Below are positions 23,679 through 31,595 of a stretch of DNA of 33,727 bases, piece by piece. The notes under the pieces were generated by a model. The model saw only the letters and a list, made by a program, of their open reading frames with translations, was not told the origin of the DNA and made no database searches. The translations under genes were made by a program, and so were the position numbers. Each line of letters begins with the position of its first letter. Positions within the stretch are counted from its first letter, which is position 1. Source of the stretch: Paludibacteraceae bacterium (GTDB taxonomy: Bacteria > Bacillota_I > Bacilli_A > RF39 > UBA660); the NCBI GenBank assembly GCA_963601985.1, contig CAVCHK010000049.1, positions 1-33,727 of the forward strand. Direction: 5' to 3'.

Positions 23679-25991
23679 ATGATTGGTAATTTTAGTGATG
23701 AAGCACAGAATATATTAAATAATGCAAAAATTGAAATGAATAGTTTAGGGCATCCTTATGTTGGGACTGAGCATTTACTTCTTTCTATTTTAAATAGTGA
23801 TAGCGATATTGCTAGTAGACTTAATAAATATAATCTTACTTATAAATCTTTTAAAGGTGAATTATGTAAGGTAGTTGGGGTTACTGATAAAAAATGTGAA
23901 TATTTTTTATATACTCCTTTACTTCGTAAGGTTATTTCTTCTTCTGTTATTGATGCTAAAGAGAACAATGATGGAGAGGTTACGATAGAGCATTTGTTTT
24001 TTGCTATGTTAGAAGAGGGTGAGGGTATTGCTATTAGGATTTTGGTTGGTATGGGTATTGATATTGAATCTATTTATGATGATTTTTCTATTAGTTTGGT
24101 TAGGGGTTGTAAGAAAAACAAGAATAAGAAGCTTCTAATATATGATTTAGGGGTTGATCTTACTAATTTGGCTAAGAATAATAAACTCGATCCGGTTATT
24201 GGTAGGGATAAGGAAGTTAAGAGGGTTATTGAGATTTTATGTCGTAGAAGAAAAAATAATCCTATACTTATTGGTGAAGCTGGGGTTGGTAAGAGTGCAA
24301 TTGTAGAAGAACTTTCTAGACTTATTGCTAATGATGAGGTTCCTAGTATTCTTATGGGTAAAAAGGTTATATCTCTTGATATGGCTACTATGGTAGCGGG
24401 AAGTAAATATCGTGGTGAATTTGAAGAGAGAATGAAAAAGGTTATTAAAGAAATAGAAGAAGATGATGATATTATTTTATTTATTGATGAGATTCATACT
24501 TTAGTTGGAGCAGGTGGTGCTGAGGGAGCTATTGATGCTTCTAATATATTGAAACCTGCTTTAGCAAGGGGAAAGATTAGGTGTATTGGAGCCACTACGA
24601 CGATGGAGTATAAGAAGTTTATTGAGAGTGATTCGGCTTTGGATAGGAGATTTCAGAAGGTTATTATAGAAGAGCCTTCTACTTTAGAGACTAGGAATAT
24701 TTTGATTAATCTTAAACCTATTTATGAGAAGTATCATAATGTTATTTTATCTGATAGTATGGTTGATGTTATTATTGATTTATCTGAGAGATATGTGTTT
24801 GATAGAAATAGGCCTGATAAGGAAATTGATATTCTTGATGAAGTTTCTTCAAGGGTTGGTATTAGGGAGTGTAATGCTATTGGTGAAATTAATAGTATTA
24901 AGAGGAAACTTGCTAATCTTAAAAAGGAGAAGAATGGTTATATTATTGATAATAATATTGATAAGGCTTATGATGTGAGAAAGAGGGAAACTGAGTTAAT
25001 TTCTCTTCTTAATGAGATGGAGATTGATATTAAAAAAATTAGAAATGAAGTTGTATTTGATGATGTTGCTAGTGTTATTAGTGATAGGACTGGGGTAGCT
25101 ATGGATGAGCTTACTGATTTTAATGGTACTTTTGTTAATAATATGGCTTTATCTTTACATAGTAAGATTATTGGTCAGGATAGGGTTATTGATTGTCTTG
25201 TTGATGTTACTAAAAAGATTAAAATGGGATATAGGGATAAGTGTTATTCTTTCTTGTTTGTTGGGCCTAGTGGGGTTGGTAAGACGGAAATGGCAAAATG
25301 TTATGCTTCTTTATTGGTTGGTGATGATAAGTTTATTAGGCTTGATATGAGTGAGTATTCTGATGTTACTTCGGTTAATAAGATTCTTGGTTCTTCTCCT
25401 GGGTATGTTGGTTATGATGATAATAGAAATTTTTTAGAAGAGGTTAGGAGTAAGCCTAACTCTGTAATTCTTTTAGATGAAATTGATAAGGCTCATCCTA
25501 GTGTTATTAATTTATTTTATCAGATATTAGAGGATGGTAAAATTAAGAATGCTAAGGGAGTTACTGTTAGATTTGATAATGCTATTATTATTATGACTTC
25601 TAATAGTGGATTTGATAGGAATTATATTGGGTTTAATGGTTCTTATAGTGATAATATTAATAGTAGTTTGAAGAGTTATTTTAATTTGTCTTTTATTAAT
25701 AGGCTTGATAATATTATTACTTTTAATAGGCTTAGTAAGAATGATATTAGGTGTATTGTTAATAATAGACTTGATTATATTAAGAATAAATATTGTGATG
25801 TTGATATTGTTTTATCTGACAATGTTGTTGATGATATTATTATTAAAAGTGAATATGAAGAGTTTGGGGCTAGGAAGGTTTTAAGGATTATTTCTAAATA
25901 TATTGAAAATGTTGTTATTGATGCTATTATCAATAACAAGAAGGAAGTTGTTATTAATTTATTGGATAATAAAAACAATATCGTTATTTGA
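23679..25991 (+). CDS. clpC: ATP-dependent Clp protease ATP-binding subunit ClpC-like (Clp_N, AAA-1, short M-domain, AAA-2)
   Basis: ATG at 23679 lies after AAGGAGA. Clp N repeats (VGTEHLLLSIL / VTIEHLFFAML). Walker A GEAGVGKSA and GPSGVGKTE, Walker B ILFIDEIH and VILLDEIDKA. IGF tripeptide (NYIGFNG) at the expected ClpP-docking loop. Confidence 0.85.
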   Translation: MIGNFSDEAQNILNNAKIEMNSLGHPYVGTEHLLLSILNSDSDIASRLNKYNLTYKSFKGELCKVVGVTDKKCEYFLYTPLLRKVISSSVIDAKENNDGEVTIEHLFFAMLEEGEGIAIRILVGMGIDIESIYDDFSISLVRGCKKNKNKKLLIYDLGVDLTNLAKNNKLDPVIGRDKEVKRVIEILCRRRKNNPILIGEAGVGKSAIVEELSRLIANDEVPSILMGKKVISLDMATMVAGSKYRGEFEERMKKVIKEIEEDDDIILFIDEIHTLVGAGGAEGAIDASNILKPALARGKIRCIGATTTMEYKKFIESDSALDRRFQKVIIEEPSTLETRNILINLKPIYEKYHNVILSDSMVDVIIDLSERYVFDRNRPDKEIDILDEVSSRVGIRECNAIGEINSIKRKLANLKKEKNGYIIDNNIDKAYDVRKRETELISLLNEMEIDIKKIRNEVVFDDVASVISDRTGVAMDELTDFNGTFVNNMALSLHSKIIGQDRVIDCLVDVTKKIKMGYRDKCYSFLFVGPSGVGKTEMAKCYASLLVGDDKFIRLDMSEYSDVTSVNKILGSSPGYVGYDDNRNFLEEVRSKPNSVILLDEIDKAHPSVINLFYQILEDGKIKNAKGVTVRFDNAIIIMTSNSGFDRNYIGFNGSYSDNINSSLKSYFNLSFINRLDNIITFNRLSKNDIRCIVNNRLDYIKNKYCDVDIVLSDNVVDDIIIKSEYEEFGARKVLRIISKYIENVVIDAIINNKKEVVINLLDNKNNIVI

Positions 25992-26001
25992 TATTGTTTT
26001 T
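25971..26001. terminator. bidirectional hairpin between convergent clpC and the CapA-like gene
   Basis: Perfect 12-bp inverted repeat AAAAACAATATC (25971-25982) / GATATTGTTTTT (25990-26001) with a 7-nt loop. It overlaps the clpC stop codon. Confidence 0.6.
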
Positions 26002-26018
26002 ATGTTATTAATATAATT

Positions 26019-27272
26019 TTATTCAGCCGCATCTTTTACTGTTATTTCGTTATTCATTTTTTGTACTACTGCTTTGTATGTGTTATATACTTCTTTGTAG
26101 TTTGGTAGATATTCTTTTATTATTGGATTAGAAAATGGTATTACTTTGAAGTCGCGCCATGTTGATTGGTTATAATAGTTGTATAGTAATTCATTTTCTA
26201 CATTTGTTATTTTTATTGTTGTTTGATTATCTTTTATATCTTTTTCTATTTTTAAACTTGTCATTAATTCTGTTGTACACTTGTAATTTGTGCAAGTACT
26301 TTTGTTTTGGTATTGTGCTGATATAAAGTTTCCTAAAGAATATATTACTAGAGTATCATCTATCCATGTTACTGGTTGTATTACGTGGGGATGGGTACCT
26401 ATTATTAGATTTACTCCTAATGAGGCTAAGTATGAAGCCATATCTTTTTCATATGCTGTTGGTTCGTGAGTATATTCTACTCCCCAATGCATTGCCACTA
26501 TGAGAAAGTCTACTTTGTCTCTTACTTTATTTATATCTTCTTTTACTTGCTCTTTATATGCTTGGTATTTTGTGTCTGTTTCTGGATTGTTTATGTTATC
26601 TATGTCAGTAGGCCATACGTTTACTAGGTAGTCATTTGCTACGGGCATTCCATTTGTTCCGTATGTATAGTTTAACATTGTATATGTTATATTATTTACT
26701 TCTTTTATGTTTATTTCGTTTCTTTCTTCTTCACTACAGTAACTACCTGAGGTTAATACGTTATCTTTTGATTGCCAATATTTACATGAGTTTTCTACGG
26801 CTTTTTTACCACTGTCCATGGTGTGGTTTGTGGCTAGGCTTACTAGGTTGAATCCTGCATCTATCATAGCATCTCCTGCTTCATATGGTGAATTGAATGT
26901 TGGATAGTCCGCTAGGCCTAGTTCTGTTCCTCCTAATATTGTTTCTTGGTTATAGTAGGCTATGTCATAGGTAGATACTATTTCTTTTATATATGTTATC
27001 ATTGGTTTGAAATCGTATCCATTTCCGTTTGCTAAACGGGCGGCATCTTTATAGACTGAAGAGTGGATTAGGTTGTCTCCTACGGCTATTAGGGAGGCTT
27101 CATAGTGTTTATCTTCAGTTTTATTTGTTATATTTGGTTTTGTTATTGTTTGATTGTTTTTGCCTGGTTTTATTATTAAATAAGTTATTGTTATTAATAT
27201 AATTATACTAAGTATTGTTAGGAATATTTTGAATCCTTTTTTTAATTTTCTTCTTTTTCTTTTTTTTGTCAT
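26019..27272 (-). CDS. membrane-anchored CapA/PGA_cap-family metallophosphoesterase
   Basis: MTKKRKRRKLKKGFK polybasic N-terminus plus a TM segment. Then AVGDNLIH, NQE, ATNHTMDSG, MHWGVEY, GTHPHVIQP and YSLGNFIS, the PGA_cap/MPP motif series. SD AAGGTAGTGA. Confidence 0.8.
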   Translation of the reverse strand: MTKKRKRRKLKKGFKIFLTILSIIILITITYLIIKPGKNNQTITKPNITNKTEDKHYEASLIAVGDNLIHSSVYKDAARLANGNGYDFKPMITYIKEIVSTYDIAYYNQETILGGTELGLADYPTFNSPYEAGDAMIDAGFNLVSLATNHTMDSGKKAVENSCKYWQSKDNVLTSGSYCSEEERNEINIKEVNNITYTMLNYTYGTNGMPVANDYLVNVWPTDIDNINNPETDTKYQAYKEQVKEDINKVRDKVDFLIVAMHWGVEYTHEPTAYEKDMASYLASLGVNLIIGTHPHVIQPVTWIDDTLVIYSLGNFISAQYQNKSTCTNYKCTTELMTSLKIEKDIKDNQTTIKITNVENELLYNYYNQSTWRDFKVIPFSNPIIKEYLPNYKEVYNTYKAVVQKMNNEITVKDAAE

Positions 27273-27327
27273 TTTATCACTACCTTACTTGTTTATAGTA
27301 TAACAAAATTAGTTTGTTTACTAGGCT

Positions 27328-28359
27328 TTATGGTATTAATCCCCATCCTGTTACTACGTATCTTCCGCCTTGTTTTTTTGCTGCTGCGGGAGGATTGTTA
27401 TATAGTTTGTTTTCTATTACTAATGATGATGATTGCCCTCCATCAAGGTTAGCGGCATTATATGCACCATATCTTTCTAATATGTCTACCATATCTTGGA
27501 GACTAGCACCATTTATATAGTTTTCTCCATCTACTACTAGAAATAGCATTATTCCGTCTTTTGTTTGTCCTATTGCTACTCTTGGAGCTTGTCCCCATGG
27601 GTCTCCTACTATTTCTAGTGGTTTACCATTTACTATTAGGAATGGTCCAAATACCATGCCTTCATATACTCCTGCTGCTAGGGCTTCATTGCCTGTGGCA
27701 TTTGTCATTAATTTTAGTTTTCCGTCTTTGGTTATTCCTATTATGTTTTCTCTTGCTGTGTCTGCTACTTCTGAATTCCATGTTATTTCTCCATTTTGTA
27801 TTACATAGCCAGTTGGTATATCTGAACCCATTCCGTTGTCATAAAAGCCTCCACCATTTATACATACTTTTCCATTGTATCTTTGGCACATTGTAATTAT
27901 TCTTTCGCCATATCCTCCTATATTGAATTGCTTGGTTGATATTAGTTTTACTTTTTCTGGTTGATATATGGCTACTAAATATCCTTTTGATGTTCCTATT
28001 TTTAGGTTTATTACTTTGTATAAATCGTTGTTTTCATCTCTTGTAAATAATTCTTCTTCATATTTGTCTTTGTATTTTGTTTTTTCTTTGGTATTTATTA
28101 TTACGTCTTCTATATTAGCGTCTTCTTCTATGGATACGAAGTAGTTATTATTCATTATTTTTTCTATTGTTTTATCGCTATAGAATATATTGGCAAAATA
28201 TTGATGATGCATTGTTTTCATAGCGGTATTTACATATAGGTTTCTTACTTTGTCCCATGGTCCATACATTACGTAAAAACATGTGATTGCACATATGTCC
28301 AGTAGCACGAATAGTATAGTAGTTTTATATATTTTTCTTTTTTGTCTTTTTCTTGTCAT
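27328..28359 (-). CDS. membrane-anchored phosphodiester glycosidase family protein (NAGPA / DUF2233-like)
   Basis: MTRKRQKRKIYK polybasic N-terminus plus a TM segment. C-terminal ...INGGGF..., ...PRVAIGQTKDG...LVVDG... and ...AANLDGGQSSSL... are typical of the family. Its ATG shares one base with the upstream stop (TAATG). Confidence 0.75.
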   Translation of the reverse strand: MTRKRQKRKIYKTTILFVLLDICAITCFYVMYGPWDKVRNLYVNTAMKTMHHQYFANIFYSDKTIEKIMNNNYFVSIEEDANIEDVIINTKEKTKYKDKYEEELFTRDENNDLYKVINLKIGTSKGYLVAIYQPEKVKLISTKQFNIGGYGERIITMCQRYNGKVCINGGGFYDNGMGSDIPTGYVIQNGEITWNSEVADTARENIIGITKDGKLKLMTNATGNEALAAGVYEGMVFGPFLIVNGKPLEIVGDPWGQAPRVAIGQTKDGIMLFLVVDGENYINGASLQDMVDILERYGAYNAANLDGGQSSSLVIENKLYNNPPAAAKKQGGRYVVTGWGLIP

Positions 28360-29675
28360 TATTTGGCCTCCAGTGGGTTATTTTGTGTGCCATCTCCGCT
28401 TGTTAGGAGATTTTTGTTTATTGTTATTACTGGTATTATTTTTAGTTTACTTGATGATGTTTTGGTATATAGTTTGAAATCGTTTGTCATTACGTATACT
28501 AAACTACTGTTGGTATCTAATCCTGTTGATAGGTAATAGTCAGTATTGTCTGGATTTATGATTATATTGCCTATACTTAATGTAGCTACTTTTGTTGGTA
28601 CGGTTTTATTTAGTACTTTTGTATAGTCATAATTTGTAGTGTTGCTATATATACCATTTGCATAATTGGATTCTATTACATTACTACTATATGTTAATTT
28701 TGATAGGTAGTTTTTATTTAGGTAATAGGCTAATGTATTTTGTTTTGAATCGTTATGATAATAGCCATTATCTGAGTATTTATATGTTATTTCTTCATTG
28801 TTTATTTTTAGATATGTATCTAGTGATAGTTTTAGATTGTCATCTTCTATACTATATACTCTCCAGATATCGTTATCTAATTTCACATAACTTCCTAGCA
28901 TACTTTGTTCTTCTTCAAATGTATATGGATTGTCTTTTGTTCCATCTCCATTTATTAATTTATTGGTGCTTTTTAGTGTTATTACTGGTTTTACTCCTAA
29001 TATGTCTGTATTATCTGATGTTGTTACTCCACCATTTTCATTTATATACCATGTTTTGTTGTCTTTATTAGTATTTAGTAGATAGTAATATGTTTCATTA
29101 TTCATAAAACTATTTGTATCTCCTGTATTTATATAGTCATATAATGATGGTAAAGTTATTAGGGTATCTTTTAATGTGCTTTTACATGTAATATTTTTTG
29201 TATTGTCTATTTGGTCATTACATGCATTTGTATATGTTAGGTATTTGTTTGTATTATTTAAATTTGTTTCTAAGATACCTGTATTATCTTTGTCTTGATT
29301 ATTTAACCAGTTATTTATATAGTCTGTATTGTTTCCTTTTGCTAATGATGTTATTGGTTTGTCTGATATTAGTGTTATTGTATTATCTTTATTTATTTTT
29401 ATTATTCTAAATAGTATATTTGAATATTTTATGTAATTATTTACTTCTTGTCCTTTAAAATAATAGTCTCCATTTATGTTTTTTAGGTTTTCTTCATTGT
29501 TATCTTTTATATTATCTGCGAGTACTTTTACTTCTTCTTTTTTGTTGTTTTCTAGATATAATTTTATGAATCTTGATCCATAAAACAATATACATGCTAA
29601 TATAAACATAAAACTTACTAGGTTAAATACTTTTTGATAATTTATTTTTCTTCTTTTTCTTACTTCTTTATTCAC
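28359..29675 (-). CDS. membrane-anchored extracytoplasmic protein of unknown function with two tandem homologous domains
   Basis: GTG start 5 nt after AAGGGATGA. MNKEVRKRRKINYQK polybasic N-terminus plus a TM segment. The two domains end in GVKPVITLKSTNKLINGDGTKDNPYTF (aa 228-253) and KIIPVITINKNLLTSGDGTQNNPLEA (aa 412-437). Confidence 0.7.
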   Translation of the reverse strand: MNKEVRKRRKINYQKVFNLVSFMFILACILFYGSRFIKLYLENNKKEEVKVLADNIKDNNEENLKNINGDYYFKGQEVNNYIKYSNILFRIIKINKDNTITLISDKPITSLAKGNNTDYINNWLNNQDKDNTGILETNLNNTNKYLTYTNACNDQIDNTKNITCKSTLKDTLITLPSLYDYINTGDTNSFMNNETYYYLLNTNKDNKTWYINENGGVTTSDNTDILGVKPVITLKSTNKLINGDGTKDNPYTFEEEQSMLGSYVKLDNDIWRVYSIEDDNLKLSLDTYLKINNEEITYKYSDNGYYHNDSKQNTLAYYLNKNYLSKLTYSSNVIESNYANGIYSNTTNYDYTKVLNKTVPTKVATLSIGNIIINPDNTDYYLSTGLDTNSSLVYVMTNDFKLYTKTSSSKLKIIPVITINKNLLTSGDGTQNNPLEAK

Positions 29676-29701
29676 TTCATCATCCCTTTTCTATCTCTAA
29701 T

Positions 29702-29730
29702 ATTATATCAAAGGTTTTTATTTTTTACAA
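29702..29730 (-). promoter_or_regulatory. sigma-A type promoter candidate for the - strand three-gene operon
   Basis: Read on the - strand: TTGTAA (29730-29725), 17 nt, TATAAT (29707-29702). About 25 nt upstream of the GTG at 29675. Confidence 0.45.
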
Positions 29731-29747
29731 GGACTATGAATTATTAA

Positions 29748-29776
29748 TTTACTAAAATGAAAATTAATGTTATAAT
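29748..29776 (+). promoter_or_regulatory. sigma-A type promoter candidate for DUF951-abgT
   Basis: TTTACT (29748-29753), 17 nt, TATAAT (29771-29776), with extended -10 TGt. Confidence 0.5.
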
Positions 29777-29796
29777 GAAAATATGAAGGTGATTAG

Positions 29797-29991
29797 GTGA
29801 AATATAGTTTAGGTGACATTGTTGTTATGAAAAAGAATCATCCGTGTGGTACTAATAAATTTGAGATTGTTAGGGTAGGGGCGGATATTAAAATTAAATG
29901 TGTTAATTGCTCTAGGGTTATTATGTTATCTAGAGTTGATTTTAATAAGGGTATTAGAAAGGTGATTGGTAATTATGAAGAAAATGAATAA
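29797..29991 (+). CDS. DUF951-family small protein (YyzM-like)
   Basis: 64 aa. GDIVVMKKNHPCGTNKFEIVRVGADIKIKCVNCSRVIMLSRVDF matches the DUF951 pattern (GDIV.MKK.HPCG...W.I.R.GADI.IKC..C). GTG start after GAAGGTGA. Lies near ychF, as I recall for B. subtilis yyzM. Confidence 0.75.
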   Translation: MKYSLGDIVVMKKNHPCGTNKFEIVRVGADIKIKCVNCSRVIMLSRVDFNKGIRKVIGNYEENE

Positions 29992-31516
29992 ACTTAGATT
30001 GCATCCTGCTTTGGTATTTTTGATACTTACTATTGGTATTATGATTATTAGTTGTTTAGGGAAGGTTCTTAATCTGGAAGCTAGTTATTATTCTGTTAAT
30101 GAAGTCACTGGGGATTTGACTAGTCAGGTTGTTACTATTAATAATTTGTTTAACAGAACTGGTCTTCAGTATTTGATTAGTAATATGCTTAACAATTTTA
30201 TTAATTTTGCTCCTTTGGGTAATTTGATTGTTGGTTTATTAGGTGTTGGTGTTGCTTATAAGTCTGGTTTTCTTAATTCTTTATTTAAGATGATTGCTGA
30301 GAAGGTTCCTAGACGTTTTCTTACTTTTATGGCTGTTTTTCTTGGTATTTTGTTTTCTATGGTATATGAGGTTGGATATGTTATTTTGATACCTCTTATG
30401 GCTATTATGTTTATGAATATAGGAAGACATCCTGGAGCGGGTATTTGTGCTGCTTTTTCTGGTATTACTTTTGGATATGGGGCTAATTTTATTATTAATA
30501 GGTTTGATAGTACTTTGGTTAGTTATGGTAGTAAGGCTGCGAAAATACTTGATAGTTCTTATGATATTCATTTAACTGGTAATATTGTTTTTACTGCTGT
30601 TAGTACGATATTTCTTGCTTATGTTGGTATGGTTATTACTGAGAGGTTTATTATTCCTAAACTTGGTAAGTATTATTTTGATGAAGAAGAACCTTCACAA
30701 AATGGTGTAGTTACTAAGAAAGAAAGAAAAGGGGTTATTCTTTCTATTGGTGCTACTTGTATTGTTTTATTAATTTTGACTTATTGTTTGATTAAGGGAC
30801 TTCCTTTTTCTGGGTTATTACTTGATTTAAGTCAGGGTAAGTATGTTGATATGTTATTTGGAGAGGGTTCTTATTTTTATAAGGGTTCTGTTACGATATT
30901 TTCTTTTGTTCTTATGTTTAGTGGTCTTATTTATGGTATTAGAGTTGGTAGTATTGATGATAATAGGGACTTTGTTGATGGTATGAGTTATTATTTGAAA
31001 GATGTTGCTTCTTTACTTGTTCTTATATTTTTTGCTTCGCAATTTTGTTTGATTTTTAAAGAAACTAATATTGGTTTATTTATTGTGGCATCTTTCTCAG
31101 AACTTCTTAATGGTATGCAGTTATCTGGTTTAGCACTTGTTGTTATTACTTTTCTGATTGTTATTGTTTCTTCGTTTTTTGTTCCTATGGCTTCGACTAA
31201 ATGGGCTATGTTATCTCCGGTAATTGTTCCTATGTTTATGCAAGCTAGTATGACTCCTGAATTTGCTATGGCGGTTTTTAGAGCCGCTGATAGTAGTGTT
31301 AAGGGCGTTACTCCTATATTTAGTTATTTTGTTATTCTTATTGGTTTTTTGCATATTTATAATAAGAGAAAGAATGATGTTATTACTATTACTGATGCTA
31401 TGAGTTTGATGGTTCCTTATACTATTGCTTTTACTGTTTTATGGTTTATTATTATTTTGGCATTCTATATTATGGGTATTCCTATTGGTATAGAGAGAGG
31501 TGTTATGCTTAATTAA
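29975..31516 (+). CDS. abgT: AbgT-family transporter (p-aminobenzoyl-glutamate / antimetabolite efflux family)
   Basis: ...NFINFAPLGNLIVGLLGVGVA..., ...NIGRHPGAGICAAF... and ...WAMLSPVIVPMFM...FRAADSS... closely parallel E. coli AbgT motifs. ATG at 29975 overlaps the DUF951 gene by 17 nt. Confidence 0.9.
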   Translation: MKKMNKLRLHPALVFLILTIGIMIISCLGKVLNLEASYYSVNEVTGDLTSQVVTINNLFNRTGLQYLISNMLNNFINFAPLGNLIVGLLGVGVAYKSGFLNSLFKMIAEKVPRRFLTFMAVFLGILFSMVYEVGYVILIPLMAIMFMNIGRHPGAGICAAFSGITFGYGANFIINRFDSTLVSYGSKAAKILDSSYDIHLTGNIVFTAVSTIFLAYVGMVITERFIIPKLGKYYFDEEEPSQNGVVTKKERKGVILSIGATCIVLLILTYCLIKGLPFSGLLLDLSQGKYVDMLFGEGSYFYKGSVTIFSFVLMFSGLIYGIRVGSIDDNRDFVDGMSYYLKDVASLLVLIFFASQFCLIFKETNIGLFIVASFSELLNGMQLSGLALVVITFLIVIVSSFFVPMASTKWAMLSPVIVPMFMQASMTPEFAMAVFRAADSSVKGVTPIFSYFVILIGFLHIYNKRKNDVITITDAMSLMVPYTIAFTVLWFIIILAFYIMGIPIGIERGVMLN

Positions 31517-31541
31517 GATATAAGAAATTATATCTTTTTTA
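31516..31541 (+). terminator. rho-independent terminator of abgT
   Basis: AGATATAA (31516-31523) pairs with TTATATCT (31528-31535) with a GAAA loop, followed by a T-run. Confidence 0.6.
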
Positions 31542-31561
31542 TTTATTTTTCTTTTTATATT

Positions 31562-31570
31562 TGTTATAAT
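31562..31570 (+). promoter_or_regulatory. extended -10 promoter element (TGtTATAAT) upstream of ychF
   Basis: TATAAT at 31565-31570 preceded by TGt. The -35 is weak. SD GAGGGAAG and ATG 31596 follow. Confidence 0.4.
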
Positions 31571-31595
31571 AGTTTGGTAGAGGGAAGTGATATTA

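Noticed and set aside
1959-25350. Alternative-frame + strand ORFs inside holB, mfd, metG and clpC (for example 1959..2162, 6424..6669, 6877..7113, 7378..7653, 7825..8109, 12090..12368, 24724..24978, 25105..25350), and antisense ORFs inside most genes.
   Set aside because: They are Met/Leu/Ile/Val-only low-complexity translations fully nested in strongly supported genes. Long open shadow frames are expected where the sequence is G/T rich and stop codons are depleted in that frame.
27314-29410. Six + strand ORFs (27314..27520, 27561..27896, 28283..28477, 28342..28536, 28658..29071, 29198..29410) with Leu/Phe/Cys/Tyr-rich translations.
   Set aside because: They lie antisense to the three well-supported - strand genes. 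They have no SD and no recognisable motifs. Their low-complexity hydrophobic composition is what a T-rich shadow frame produces.
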